This document shows, piece by piece, positions 1 to 9,722 of a stretch of DNA of 64,000 nucleotides. Below the pieces are notes generated by a model. It had not been told where the DNA came from and ran no database searches. It was given only the letters and a program-made list of their open reading frames with translations. Origin of the DNA: an uncultured cyanobacterium (GTDB lineage Bacteria > Acidobacteriota > Vicinamibacteria > Vicinamibacterales > UBA2999). The translations under genes and the position numbers were made by a program. Position 1 is the stretch's first letter. Each line of letters starts with the position of its first letter. The stretch lies in assembly GCA_963833135.1 (NCBI GenBank), contig CAWHWW010000019.1, positions 384,699 through 448,698 of the forward strand, read 5' to 3'.

Positions 1-147
1 CGCGGCGGGTCACCGAAGGGCGAACTTCAGGCAGGCGCTGGCATCGCCGCCCTTCGGCCGCACCGTTCACGATCTTGCCGCGGCGTTCTTTTTGCAGTGT
101 TCCCTGTGGAGTCCGGCTCTAGCCGGACCACCGGCGAAGGAGAAGCC

Positions 148-510
148 ATGATGGGTCGCACCAAGAATTTCGTTCTGGGTCTGATGGTCGCCGCGAGCGC
201 GCTAAGCGGAGCTTGCGCGTCAATGGGCAGCCGCTCGATTTCCGAGGTGAAGACGAACCCGGGTAAATTCCACGACAAGACCGTGACGGTCGAAGGCGTC
301 GTGACAACGTCGTTCGGCATCCCGTTCGTGCCCTACAAGGTGTTTCGTGTGAGCGACGGCTCCGAGGAAATGCTGGTGATCTCGGAAGACAGCCGCATCC
401 CGAGCAAGAACGCCCGGGTCCGCGTCAAAGGTACGGTCCAGGAAGTCGGCCTGTTTGGCGGCCGATCCTTCGGGCTGCACATCCGGGAGAAGTCGATTAA
501 ATACCTGTAA
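148..510 (+). CDS. hypothetical lipoprotein
   Basis: ORF 97..510. The internal ATG at 148 gives MMGRTKNFVLGLMVAASALSGAC, a signal peptide with a lipobox. No family recognised. Confidence 0.5.
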   Translation: MMGRTKNFVLGLMVAASALSGACASMGSRSISEVKTNPGKFHDKTVTVEGVVTTSFGIPFVPYKVFRVSDGSEEMLVISEDSRIPSKNARVRVKGTVQEVGLFGGRSFGLHIREKSIKYL

Positions 511-517
511 CAGAAGG

Positions 518-594
518 TCTTACGGGCTTACGGGCTGCGGGCTTACGGAAATAACCGTACCCGCGAGCCCGTAGACCGCAAGCCCGCAAGCCCT
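518..594. repeat. hairpin of 7-8 nt tandem repeats (CGGGCTTA/AAGCCCG family)
   Basis: Left arm cttacgggcttacgggctgcgggcttacgg, loop aaataa, right arm ccgtacccgcgagcccgtagaccgcaagcccgcaagcc. Lies just after the stop at 510. Confidence 0.85.
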
Positions 595-623
595 GCTTGT
601 GAAATCTAGTACAATGTCCCCCT

Positions 624-1388
624 GTGGAAGCCATTGAACATCCGTCCCCGCTAGTCGCGCTCGTCAATCTGCTCTTCGCGCCGCTCGGGATCCACGTACC
701 CGATCATCTCGTTTTCATCGGGCTGATCACGCTTTTCATCCTCTTCATCGGACTGGCCATCCGCTCAAAACTGAGCGTCGAGAATCCCGGCAAGCTGCAG
801 ATCGTCCTCGAGGACATCATCGCGTTCCTCGTCGGCGTGCTCGAAAGCAACATGGGCCCGAAGGGACGCCAGTTCCTGCCGCTGCTCGGCAGCATTTTCG
901 TCTTCATCCTGCTCGGTAATCTGATGGGCCAGATCCCCGGATTGGGGTCGCCGACGAGCAACATCAACGTGCCGTTCGCGCTCGCGATCACGTTGTGGCT
1001 CTACTACCACTGGCAGGGCATTCTGGCGAACGGTCCGCTGAACTACCTCAAGCACTTCGCGATCATGCCGGGCGTGCCAATCGTGATGGCGCCGCTGATT
1101 TTCGTCATCGAGATCATCAGTCACATGTCGCGCGTGCTGTCGCTGACGCTCCGCCTCTTCGGCAACATCTTCGGCGAGCACCTGGTCGTGCTGATCATCG
1201 CCAGCATCATCCCGTTCATCGCGCCGCTGCCGATCCAGTTCCTGGGACTCATCGTCGGACCGTTGCAGGCGTTCATCTTCCTGACGCTCGGCGCGATCTA
1301 CCTCACCGCCGCCACGCACGTCGACGATCACGGTGACGATTACGGCAGCGTCGGCCCGCACCCCGAGCCGATGATTCCGAAAATGTAG
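624..1388 (+). CDS. atpB: F0F1 ATP synthase subunit a
   Basis: 254 aa polytopic membrane protein with the subunit-a signature LSLTLRLFGNIFGEH. GTG start, exact start uncertain. Confidence 0.9.
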   Translation: MEAIEHPSPLVALVNLLFAPLGIHVPDHLVFIGLITLFILFIGLAIRSKLSVENPGKLQIVLEDIIAFLVGVLESNMGPKGRQFLPLLGSIFVFILLGNLMGQIPGLGSPTSNINVPFALAITLWLYYHWQGILANGPLNYLKHFAIMPGVPIVMAPLIFVIEIISHMSRVLSLTLRLFGNIFGEHLVVLIIASIIPFIAPLPIQFLGLIVGPLQAFIFLTLGAIYLTAATHVDDHGDDYGSVGPHPEPMIPKM

Positions 1389-1398
1389 TCGCGTTTCC

Positions 1399-1455
1399 GG
1401 TAGCCAGTACTGGCATACTGGCTACTGGCTACTGGCTACTGGCTACTGGCTACTT
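1399..1455. repeat. GTAGCCA/TGGCTAC heptamer array with a short hairpin
   Basis: ggtagccagtactggcatac followed by tggctac repeated five times. The array overlaps the last codons and stop of the convergent gene 1436..3259. Confidence 0.9.
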
Positions 1456-3259
1456 CCGTCTTCGCCGCCCCCAGCTGATTGATCTTCACGACGACGACGG
1501 TGCGGTCGTCTGACTGGGGCGCGTCCCCGCAGAACTGCTGGACGGCGCCAAAGACTTCATGCACGATTTCCTTCGACGAGAGCGCGTTGGTTCGCTCGAT
1601 CACGTCGAGCACGCGGCGGGCGCCGAACTCCTCGCCGGCCTCGTCGAACGCTTCAAAAATGCCGTCCGAACAGAGCACGTAGATATCGCCGGCTTCCAGC
1701 GGGAACTGAAAGTCGTCGTACTGCGATCCGCCGAATGAACCGAGCGGCGTGCCCGGCATCTCCAGCTGCCCGGCCTTGCCGTTGGCACACCTTACCGGGA
1801 AGGGCAACCCCGAGTTCGCGAAGGTGACGACCTTTTTCTTGAACTCGAACATCGCGTAGCAAAGCGTGCAGTAGTACTCCTCGAGGTTGCGTTCGTGGAG
1901 GATCCGATTCATGCCGGCGAGAAGCGCGGCCGGCGTCGTGACATTCTTCTCGAGCCGGCGCCTGAACGTGCGTCCGCGAACCATCTCGCCGATCGCCGCG
2001 CCGTAGAGCGCGGCCGGCACGCCCTTGCCCGACACGTCGCCAAGCACCACGACAAGAGTGTTCGCCTCGGGTGAAAGGAAGTCGCAGATGTCGCCGCCGA
2101 GCTCGCGCGCCGGATCGAAATGCCACGCCACGTCCACGCCGCGCAGCCGCTTCGGCAGTTCCTGCGGCAGGAGCGCCATCTGCACGCGCTGCGCCAGCCG
2201 CAATTCCTTCTCGACGCGCGCCTCGTTGGCGCGAATCGATTCATACAGCCGGGCGTTCTCGATCGCGACCGCCGCTTCCGACGCGAGGAGCGTCAGCAGC
2301 TTGACGTGTTTCTTGTTGAACGCATCGGGCTCCGGACTCTCGAGGTCGAAGACGCCGATGCAGCGATCCTTGAGGAGCAGCGGCACGACCAGCTCCGACC
2401 GCACGCCGGGCACCGCGTCGATGTAACGCGGATCCTTCGTCACGTCCGGAACCAGCACCACTTCCTTGTGCAACGCGGCGTAGCCGACCAGGCCCTCGCC
2501 GAGCTTCACGGGCTCCATCGCGCGCGGATCGTCGCCGTACTTGATCGTCACCTTCAGGTCGAGCGTCTGCGTCTCCTCGTCGAGCAGCGCGATGCCGAAG
2601 ATGCGGTAGTCGACGACGCGCTTGATGAGGTGGGCGAGCCGGGTCAGGAGCTCGTCTGGATCGAGAATCGCGCTCATCTCGCGGCCGATCTCGGCGAGCG
2701 TTTCGAGCGTCTCGGCGTACTCGCGTTCCGATTCGAACAGCCTCGCCGTGGTAATGGCCTGAGCGACGTGCGCGCCGAACTGCCGCAGAATCCACTCGTC
2801 GCGCTCGGTGAACGCGCCGAGCTTGTCGCTGAGCAGGTTGAGCGCGCCAATCACCTGCCCCTTGTTGCGCAGCGGCACCGCCAGCTGCGACTTCGCGCCG
2901 GGCACCACCGCGAGGTAGCGCGGATCCTGATCGACGTCGTTGAGCAGAATCGGCCGCTGTTCGGCAACGGCCGTGCCGACCGTGCCCTGCCCGACCTTCA
3001 GCGTGAAATGCTTGACGATCTCTTCCGGATAACCGACCGCGTAGGCGATGCTCAGCTCTTCGCGCCGCTCGTTCAGGAGGTAGACCGAGAAGACCGTGAA
3101 GTTGGTGAGCCGCGAAATCAGGTTCGGAATCTTCTGGAGAAGATCGTCGAGATCCAGGACCGAGCTGACCTCACGGGACAGCTCGGCGAGAATGGCGAGC
3201 AGTTCTGCGTCGGACGCTCCGGACGCCGGAGACGTCTTGGAGGGCGCGGATTCAGACAT
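1436..3259 (-). CDS. GAF-GAF-PP2C (SpoIIE/RsbU-type) serine phosphatase
   Basis: 607 aa. Two GAF-like regions, then a PPM phosphatase domain (GGDICDF, VVLGDVSGKGVPAAL, LCSDGIFEA). Confidence 0.85.
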   Translation of the reverse strand: MSESAPSKTSPASGASDAELLAILAELSREVSSVLDLDDLLQKIPNLISRLTNFTVFSVYLLNERREELSIAYAVGYPEEIVKHFTLKVGQGTVGTAVAEQRPILLNDVDQDPRYLAVVPGAKSQLAVPLRNKGQVIGALNLLSDKLGAFTERDEWILRQFGAHVAQAITTARLFESEREYAETLETLAEIGREMSAILDPDELLTRLAHLIKRVVDYRIFGIALLDEETQTLDLKVTIKYGDDPRAMEPVKLGEGLVGYAALHKEVVLVPDVTKDPRYIDAVPGVRSELVVPLLLKDRCIGVFDLESPEPDAFNKKHVKLLTLLASEAAVAIENARLYESIRANEARVEKELRLAQRVQMALLPQELPKRLRGVDVAWHFDPARELGGDICDFLSPEANTLVVVLGDVSGKGVPAALYGAAIGEMVRGRTFRRRLEKNVTTPAALLAGMNRILHERNLEEYYCTLCYAMFEFKKKVVTFANSGLPFPVRCANGKAGQLEMPGTPLGSFGGSQYDDFQFPLEAGDIYVLCSDGIFEAFDEAGEEFGARRVLDVIERTNALSSKEIVHEVFGAVQQFCGDAPQSDDRTVVVVKINQLGAAKTEVASSQ

Positions 3260-3345
3260 TCGAGTGACGTGCCTTCGCGGCCTTCAAGACGTCCCGCCGC
3301 GCAAAGCGCGGCAAGGTGACGCTGCCGTTGCGAGGCGCAGCTTCG

Positions 3346-5445
3346 CTATTGTGCGGTCGTGTTTCCACCTGTGCCTAAAGTGTACTTCGTCACCCAGTCG
3401 TAGATCCGAACCATTCGATCTTTCTGGTGATAGTACTCCGTGATTCCGTGCCCTTCGCGGGGATAGAACACGAGCTCGGTCGCCTTGCCCCGGTCCTTCA
3501 ACCCTCGATAAAGCTCGTAGGCCTGGCCCGTCGGCACGCGCTCGTCGTTGGCGCCGTGCAGGATCAACGTCGGTGTCGTCACCTTGTCGATGTGCGTCAT
3601 CGCCGATCGATCCAGGTAAAGCGGCAGCGTCTGCTTGTTCGGGATGCCGCCGAAGTAGGCAATCAACACGCTCGGAATGTCGTTCGTGCCGTACATGCTC
3701 CACATGTTGGTCAGGCCGGCGCCGACCATCGCCGCCTTGTAGCGGCTGGTCTGCGTGATCGTCCACGCCGTCATGTAGCCGCCGTAGCTCCAGCCGATGT
3801 GCGCGAGCTTGTCCGGATCGGCAATGCCGCGCGCGACGAGGGCATCGACGCCGGTCACGATGTCCTTGAAGTCGCCGCCGCCCCAGTCGTTGACGTTGGC
3901 CGCCAGCGTTTTCTGGCCGTAGTTCGAGCTGCCGCGCGGATTCGGATAGAACACCGCCCAGCCCTTGCCCGCCCACACCTGGCCGCCCTCGAGGCCGCCG
4001 AGGCGGAAGCCGTTCACGTAGGCGCCGGCCGGACCGCCGTGCGCGACGACCAGCGTTGGGTATCGCTTGCCGGCCTGGAAGCCAACAGGCTTCAACAGGA
4101 CACCTTCGACCTCGGCGCCGTCGCTGCTCTTCCAGGTGACGACTTCGGTCTCGCCCTGTTGGACCTCCGCGAGTTGCGGATTGGTGTTCGTCAGCCGCTT
4201 GAAGCTGGCGAACGACGGATCGGTGACGTAGATCTCCGTCGCCGAGTCCGGCGCGTCCATCGTCAGTGCGATGGTGCGGCCGTCCCTGCTGATCGACGTA
4301 CCGTTGATCGTGCGCTTCTGCGAGAGCTGCGTGTAGGTGCCCGACGACAGATCGAACGCGAACGCCTCGTTGTAGGCGCGCTTGCCGGTGACGAACATCA
4401 CGCGCTTGCCTTCGTTGGTCCACACGGGAGTGCCCGCCTCGCTGTCGAACCCCGGCGTCAGCGTGTCCTTGGTCGTCTTCGCCTTGACGTCATACAGCAT
4501 CAGCCGCTGTTGCATCACCACGCCGGCGGCCGTGCCATCGGGCAGCGGCGCCGTGGTGTTGGGCTCGCTGACCCAGGCGATCGTCGCGCCGTCCTGCGAC
4601 CAGCGCGGATTGCCATCGGTTCCCCAATTGGTGCTGATCTTTTCGATCCTTGCCTGTTGACCTGTCGGCCCGTTCGCCTGTTGGCCCAGTGTTGCGATGT
4701 ATACGTCGCGACGGTTGTCCCTCAGCATCGGCGTCGTGCCGACGCCGAACACGAGCTGCTTGCCGTCTGGCGACCAGGACGGCGCGCCCTGCACGGTCCA
4801 CTGCGTGCCCTCGGTGACGCGTGTCGCCGCCTTGGTTTGCACGTCGATGACCCACGCATGCGCAAACCGGAAATCCCCTTCGAACACCCGCTCGTCGTCG
4901 CGTTTCTTGATATCGGCTTCTTCAGCGGCGCTGCGAGGATCGGTCGCCACAAACGCAATGCGAGATCCATCCGGCGACCATGAATACGAAGAAACGTTCT
5001 CCTTCGCGTCGGTGAGCTTCCAGGCTTCCCCGCCCTCGAGGGACATGACGTAGATCTGGGATTTGGCTTCCGCGCTGCCGCGCGCTGCGACGAAGCTGAT
5101 GAACTTGCCGTCGGGCGAGAACTGCGCCTGGCTTTCGCCCTTTTCGCCGAACGTGATCTGCCGCGCCGGCAGGTTGCCCTCGGTCGCCACTTTCCAGACG
5201 TGCGTGCGGGATTCCATCTTGCCTGTCCTGAGCGACGCTTGCGCTTCCGCAGGCGGAGTCGAAGGGTCCAGCTCGGACACCCACTCGCGGACGCCGTAGA
5301 TCACCCAGCGCCCGTCGGGCGAAATCGTCGCGCCCTGGATCGCCTTGATGGCGAGCACGTCGTCGAACGTCGCGGGACGCCTGGATTGGGCGGACAGGCT
5401 GGTCGCCGTGAACACCAGCATCGCTACCGCTAGAAACTTGCGCAT
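3346..5445 (-). CDS. S9 family serine peptidase (beta-propeller plus prolyl oligopeptidase-type catalytic domain)
   Basis: ORF 3346..5529. The ATG at 5445 gives the signal peptide MRKFLAVAMLVFTATSLSAQ, with GGAGG upstream. Nucleophile motif GWSYGGYM; C-terminal LHGANDERVP and GHG. Confidence 0.85.
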   Translation of the reverse strand: MRKFLAVAMLVFTATSLSAQSRRPATFDDVLAIKAIQGATISPDGRWVIYGVREWVSELDPSTPPAEAQASLRTGKMESRTHVWKVATEGNLPARQITFGEKGESQAQFSPDGKFISFVAARGSAEAKSQIYVMSLEGGEAWKLTDAKENVSSYSWSPDGSRIAFVATDPRSAAEEADIKKRDDERVFEGDFRFAHAWVIDVQTKAATRVTEGTQWTVQGAPSWSPDGKQLVFGVGTTPMLRDNRRDVYIATLGQQANGPTGQQARIEKISTNWGTDGNPRWSQDGATIAWVSEPNTTAPLPDGTAAGVVMQQRLMLYDVKAKTTKDTLTPGFDSEAGTPVWTNEGKRVMFVTGKRAYNEAFAFDLSSGTYTQLSQKRTINGTSISRDGRTIALTMDAPDSATEIYVTDPSFASFKRLTNTNPQLAEVQQGETEVVTWKSSDGAEVEGVLLKPVGFQAGKRYPTLVVAHGGPAGAYVNGFRLGGLEGGQVWAGKGWAVFYPNPRGSSNYGQKTLAANVNDWGGGDFKDIVTGVDALVARGIADPDKLAHIGWSYGGYMTAWTITQTSRYKAAMVGAGLTNMWSMYGTNDIPSVLIAYFGGIPNKQTLPLYLDRSAMTHIDKVTTPTLILHGANDERVPTGQAYELYRGLKDRGKATELVFYPREGHGITEYYHQKDRMVRIYDWVTKYTLGTGGNTTAQ
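4653..4686. repeat. CTGTTGG/CGTTCGC heptamer repeat inside the peptidase CDS
   Basis: cctgttgacctgtcggcccgttcgcctgttggcc matches the intergenic arrays at 19515, 33464 and 37373. It is translated in frame as [11 protein letters not shown]. Confidence 0.75.
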
Positions 5446-5480
5446 GACATGGGCCTCCAGAGGGGGGAAGTATACTGACT

Positions 5481-5548
5481 TACTGTCGGGACGCGTATCC
5501 CGTCGGGACACACATCCCGTCGGGAGCAACGTCCCGTTCGGGATCGCA
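5481..5548. repeat. four tandem 17-bp units, each with the palindrome TCCCGTCGGGA
   Basis: Units start at 5481, 5498, 5515 and 5532 and end 3 nt before the fabZ ATG, in the divergent peptidase/fabZ gap. Confidence 0.85.
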
Positions 5549-5551
5549 TTA

Positions 5552-5995
5552 ATGGACCTGACCCTCCCGTTAGATTACTCAGCCATCGAGCGGATTCTTC
5601 CGCACAGATACCCCTTCCTGCTCGTGGACAAGATCACGGAATTCGAGCCGGATAAGCGGATTGTCGGCGTAAAGAACGTTTCGACGAATGAGCCGTACCT
5701 GTCGACACCCGTCAACGGGCGGCCGTCGCTGCCGCCAACCATCCTGACGGAATGCGTGGCTCAGGTAGGCGCGATCCTCATCCTCGCCAAGCCTGAGAAC
5801 AAGGACCAGTTGATCTTCTTCCGCGGCATGGAGCGCGTGCGCTTTCGCGCTCCCGTGCATCCCGGCGACGTCGTCATTGTCGAAGCCACCGTCAAGCGGC
5901 TTCGCAGCCGCATGGGCGTGCTCGGCGGCCGCGCCACGGTCAACGGCCGCGTCGTGATCAACGGCACGATGACGTTTGCGTTAGGCAGTGAATAG
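5552..5995 (+). CDS. fabZ: 3-hydroxyacyl-ACP dehydratase
   Basis: Within ORF 5345..5995. From the ATG at 5552: MDLTLPLDYSAIERILPHRYPFLLVDKI. Hot-dog fold motifs present. Confidence 0.9.
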   Translation: MDLTLPLDYSAIERILPHRYPFLLVDKITEFEPDKRIVGVKNVSTNEPYLSTPVNGRPSLPPTILTECVAQVGAILILAKPENKDQLIFFRGMERVRFRAPVHPGDVVIVEATVKRLRSRMGVLGGRATVNGRVVINGTMTFALGSE

Positions 5996-6950
5996 ACTCC
6001 CCAGGCTCTCGGCACTATCCGTCGAAGACTCAGGCTGGGGGTATTTTCTCTGCGCCTACAAAGAGTTTCGAACCGGCCGTAGCGGCAGCGAGTTCCTTTT
6101 CCTCTCGCTGCAGGATGCTTCAGCGCAGGTCGTCGCCAAGCTCATGACCGACGTCGATCGCTACAAGAACGGTTTCGAAGCCGGCGAGTTCGTGCGGGTC
6201 GAGGGCCGCGGCAGCCTCTACAACGGTCAGGTCCAGCTGGTGTTGTCGGCCATCCGCCGCGTCAATCCCGATCAGGATCGGCAGCAGGGGTTTCGCGAGG
6301 AGGATGCGATCCTCAGCGCACCGCGTCCGATCGACGAGATGTGGGCGGAGCTGCAGGAGCATCTCGGCGGCGTCAGGAACGATCACATCCGCGTCCTGCT
6401 GAATCGTATCGTCGCCGACCACGAATCGCCGCTACGCGTGTGGCCGGCAGCGCAGCAGATCCATCACGCCTATCGCGGCGGGTTTCTTGAACACATCACA
6501 AAGATGGCCGAGGTCGGCCGGCTGGTCGCACGCGCCTACGGCGCGGACGAAGATCTGGTGCTCGCCGGCGTCGTGCTGCACGACATCGGCAAGCTGCAGG
6601 AGCTCGCCTACGAAGGCGGCGCCGGCAGCTACACGCGCGACGGCAATCTCGTCGGCCACATTGCTCTCGGCCTGATGATGGTGCGCGACGCCTGCAACGG
6701 CATTCCTGGCTTTCCCGTCGAGCTGCGCTCGCAGATCGAACACCTGGTCGCCTCGCATCACGGCGTGCGTGAATACGGCTCGCCCGTCGAGCCGAAGACG
6801 ATCGAGGCATTCATCCTCGCATCGATCGACGAGCTCGATGCGAAGCTCAATCAAGTCCGCAAGGCAATCGCCGAGGATCCGTCTGACGACGAATTCACTG
6901 CCTGGAATAAGCGCTTAGGCAGGGTGTTGTACAAGGGAAATGACAATTGA
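5988..6950 (+). CDS. OB-fold plus HD-domain phosphohydrolase (YhaM-like 3'-5' exoribonuclease family)
   Basis: 320 aa. N-terminal OB-fold-like region, then HD motifs VVLHDIGK and ASHHG. Confidence 0.65.
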   Translation: MNRLPRLSALSVEDSGWGYFLCAYKEFRTGRSGSEFLFLSLQDASAQVVAKLMTDVDRYKNGFEAGEFVRVEGRGSLYNGQVQLVLSAIRRVNPDQDRQQGFREEDAILSAPRPIDEMWAELQEHLGGVRNDHIRVLLNRIVADHESPLRVWPAAQQIHHAYRGGFLEHITKMAEVGRLVARAYGADEDLVLAGVVLHDIGKLQELAYEGGAGSYTRDGNLVGHIALGLMMVRDACNGIPGFPVELRSQIEHLVASHHGVREYGSPVEPKTIEAFILASIDELDAKLNQVRKAIAEDPSDDEFTAWNKRLGRVLYKGNDN

Positions 6951-7078
6951 CTGATTGGTGATTTAGCGACTGTCTGGTGATTCGCGAATTCGTGATTTGG
7001 CGATCAACTTGGTGATTCGCGAATTCGTCATTTGCAAATCACCAAACAATCGACAATTGCCAATCGCCAAATCGTCAT
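6951..7078. repeat. imperfect hairpin of GGTGATT/TGGCGAT-type repeats
   Basis: ggtgattcgcgaattcgt occurs twice. gatttggcgat and ttggtgatt pair with aaatcaccaa and atcgccaaatc. Lies between convergent genes. Confidence 0.8.
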
Positions 7079-8298
7079 TGCATTTGCCTGCCCTTCGTCT
7101 CCGGGATCCCCAGCCACAATACCGCAGCAACCATGAACGCGATCGCCGTCGTCGTGAACGCCGCGCCGAACCCGCGGCTCTGCGCCATCGTGCCGACGAT
7201 GAACGGCGCGATCGCGCTCAGCAGCCGGCCGCTGTTGTAAGTCACGCCGAGCGCGGTGGCACGGATCGACGTCGGAAAGATCTCGGATGCGACCGCGCCG
7301 AATCCGCTGAAGTATCCCGTGCCGAAGAACGCGACGAAGGGCCCGAGCACGAGCAATACCCACGGCTCGCGCGCGAAGCCGTAATACCAGACGAGCAGCG
7401 CCGCGATCAGCAGATAGGCGATGTACGTCGGGCGCCGCCCGAACGTGTCCGCGATGAAGCCGAACGACACGTATCCGAACCACATCCCGACCTGCATCGC
7501 GACGACGAAGGCCGCCATCGTCTCCGTGGAGAGGCCGATGCCGCCCTTCGTTGGGTCGAGCGACAGATATGAAGGCACCCATGAATTGAGCCCCCACCAG
7601 GCGAACATCGTCGCCGCATTCATCGCGGTCAAGAAAACCGCAATGCGCATTGGAAACTTCGCACCTGAGGCCCGACTTGCACCGCACTCCCGTTTCTGCC
7701 GTGACCACATTTCAGGTTCCTTCACGCTGCGTCGAATCCACAACGTGAAGATCGCCGGAATGATGCCGGTGAAAAACACCGCGCGCCATCCAAACCGTGG
7801 CAACACGATCGCAACGACGATCGCGGCGAGGCCGTAGCCGATCGCCCAGCAACTCTGCATGATGCCGAGCGCCTTGCCGCGATGCTTCTCCGGCCAGGTT
7901 TCGCTGACGAGCGTGGCGCCGCTCGCCCACTCGCCGCCCATGCCGAGCCCGAGCAGCACGCGGAAGGCGGCGAACTGCCAGAGGTTCTGGGCGAGTCCGC
8001 ACGCAAACGTGAACACCGAGTAGAGGAGGATGCTGAGCGACAACGCCCGCGTGCGTCCGAGCTTGTCGGCAATGACGCCGAAGACGAGGCCGCCGACCGC
8101 CGAGGCAGCGAGAGTCAGTGACGCCATCAGCCCGCCCTGGGCGGCGGAGAGGCCAAGCTCCTCGATCACGGATGTGAGGATGAGGGCATAGAGCATGACG
8201 TCGAACGCGTCCAGCAGCCACCCCATCGAGGCCGCCAGCAGCGCCTTACGAGCGTCCTGATCGGCATCTTTCCAGAACCCAGTGAAACCGGATATCAT
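7075..8298 (-). CDS. MFS transporter
   Basis: 407 aa, about 12 predicted TM helices. MFS motifs (GVIADKLGRTRAL, PEKHRGKALG). Confidence 0.85.
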   Translation of the reverse strand: MISGFTGFWKDADQDARKALLAASMGWLLDAFDVMLYALILTSVIEELGLSAAQGGLMASLTLAASAVGGLVFGVIADKLGRTRALSLSILLYSVFTFACGLAQNLWQFAAFRVLLGLGMGGEWASGATLVSETWPEKHRGKALGIMQSCWAIGYGLAAIVVAIVLPRFGWRAVFFTGIIPAIFTLWIRRSVKEPEMWSRQKRECGASRASGAKFPMRIAVFLTAMNAATMFAWWGLNSWVPSYLSLDPTKGGIGLSTETMAAFVVAMQVGMWFGYVSFGFIADTFGRRPTYIAYLLIAALLVWYYGFAREPWVLLVLGPFVAFFGTGYFSGFGAVASEIFPTSIRATALGVTYNSGRLLSAIAPFIVGTMAQSRGFGAAFTTTAIAFMVAAVLWLGIPETKGRQMQ

Positions 8299-8307
8299 TC
8301 TGTCCTT

Positions 8308-8793
8308 ATGGCTACTGAACGAATCATCGACGGTATTGATGGCTCTATTTTGGATATTCTTCAGTACAATGCCCGCACGACACAGGCCGAACTGGCCAAG
8401 GCCGTCGGCTTGGCGCCCTCTGCGGTTCTCGAGCGCCTGCGAAAACTCGAGTCCAAGGGCATTATCAAGGATTACGTCGCGCTAATCGACCCTCACGTGG
8501 TCGACAGGGGTATGTTGGCATTCGTGGCCGTCAGGACTTCCGAGCACGGACCTGACATGCCCTCCGCGGTTGAACTGTCCCGCATCCCCGAGGTCCTCGA
8601 GGTCCACCACGTCGCCGGCGACGACTGTTACCTGCTCAAAGTGCGCACGCGCGATGCCGAACATCTCGGTCAGATTCTTCGCCAGCAAATCGCCGCCGCG
8701 CCGTCGGTGACGTCAACCAGGACGACCATTGTTCTCGAGACTGTGAAGGAGGATCCGCGGATCGCGATTCCAAGGGAACTGGTCAGGGCGTGA
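8308..8793 (+). CDS. Lrp/AsnC family transcriptional regulator
   Basis: 161 aa. HTH ILDILQYNARTTQAELAKAVGLAPSAVLERLRKLE plus a C-terminal RAM-like domain. Divergent from the MFS gene. Confidence 0.9.
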   Translation: MATERIIDGIDGSILDILQYNARTTQAELAKAVGLAPSAVLERLRKLESKGIIKDYVALIDPHVVDRGMLAFVAVRTSEHGPDMPSAVELSRIPEVLEVHHVAGDDCYLLKVRTRDAEHLGQILRQQIAAAPSVTSTRTTIVLETVKEDPRIAIPRELVRA

Positions 8794-9659
8794 ACCTCGC
8801 GTATCTGGCGTTCGTCACGGTGTGCGTCGTCTGGGGGACGACGTATCTCGCGATCCACGTCGCCCTCGAGACGATTCCCGTACTGCTTGTCGCGGGGCTG
8901 CGATGGATGGCGGCGGGCGTCATCATGTCGGGTTTGATGCTCGCGAGCGGACGCGGACTGCCGAAGCCGCGGCTCTGGGCGCCGCTCGCCTTCCTCGGAT
9001 TCCTGATGAACATCGTCGGCAACGGCTTCGTTGTCTATGCGCAGCAGTTTGTCGCGAGCGGTCTCACTGCGGTGTTGATCGCGACGACGCCGTTCTGGTC
9101 GGCGTTGATTGAGCGCCTGCTGCCGGACGGCGAGCGTTTCTCGAAGCGATCGCTCGCGGGCCTGGCCCTCGGCTTCAGCGGCATTGTCGTGCTGGTGTGG
9201 CCCGAGATGGCGAACGGCGGCGCAGGCGGCCGATCGTTTGTGATCGGCGTGATCGCGATCCAGCTCGCGTGCATTGGGTGGGTGATCGGCACGTCATACG
9301 CAAAGCGGCACGAGCTCGGGGATAACCCATTTCGCTCGACCGCGCTGCAGATGGTGTTCAGTGGCATCATGCTGCTCGGCGCGGCCACGGCGCACGGCGA
9401 CTGGGCGCACGTTTCGTTCACGCCCCGCACGATCGCGGCGATGCTGTATCTCAGTATTGCCGGCTCCCTCGTCGCTTACTCCGCCTACATCTACGCGATT
9501 CAGCATCTGCCCCTGCAGCTCGTCTCGCTCTATGCGTACATCAATCCAATGATTGCAGTCGCGCTTGGCACGCTGCTGCTTGACGAGCCGCTCTCCGCCA
9601 GGATTCTTGTTGCCGCAGTGCTCGTTTTTGCGGGGACATGGATTGTTGGAAAACGGTGA
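8790..9659 (+). CDS. DMT/EamA family transporter
   Basis: 289 aa, ten hydrophobic segments, duplicated EamA architecture. GTG start overlaps the upstream stop. Confidence 0.85.
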   Translation: MNLAYLAFVTVCVVWGTTYLAIHVALETIPVLLVAGLRWMAAGVIMSGLMLASGRGLPKPRLWAPLAFLGFLMNIVGNGFVVYAQQFVASGLTAVLIATTPFWSALIERLLPDGERFSKRSLAGLALGFSGIVVLVWPEMANGGAGGRSFVIGVIAIQLACIGWVIGTSYAKRHELGDNPFRSTALQMVFSGIMLLGAATAHGDWAHVSFTPRTIAAMLYLSIAGSLVAYSAYIYAIQHLPLQLVSLYAYINPMIAVALGTLLLDEPLSARILVAAVLVFAGTWIVGKR

Positions 9660-9660
9660 C

Positions 9661-9720
9661 GTTGCCAGCCGTATTCGCGTGCCGTTCTGGCTACTGGCGA
9701 CCGGCTACTGGCTACTGGTA
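9661..9720. repeat. TGGCTAC heptamer array
   Basis: ctggctactggcgaccggctactggctactgg, preceded by gttgccagcc. Confidence 0.8.
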
Positions 9721-9722
9721 AA

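Noticed and set aside
2120-4983. Long plus-strand ORFs (2120..3319, 3427..4983) opposite the phosphatase and peptidase genes.
   Set aside because: Their translations are Arg/Ala/Gly/Pro-rich nonsense with no motifs. They mirror well-supported genes on the other strand, which is the typical shadow-ORF effect in GC-rich DNA.
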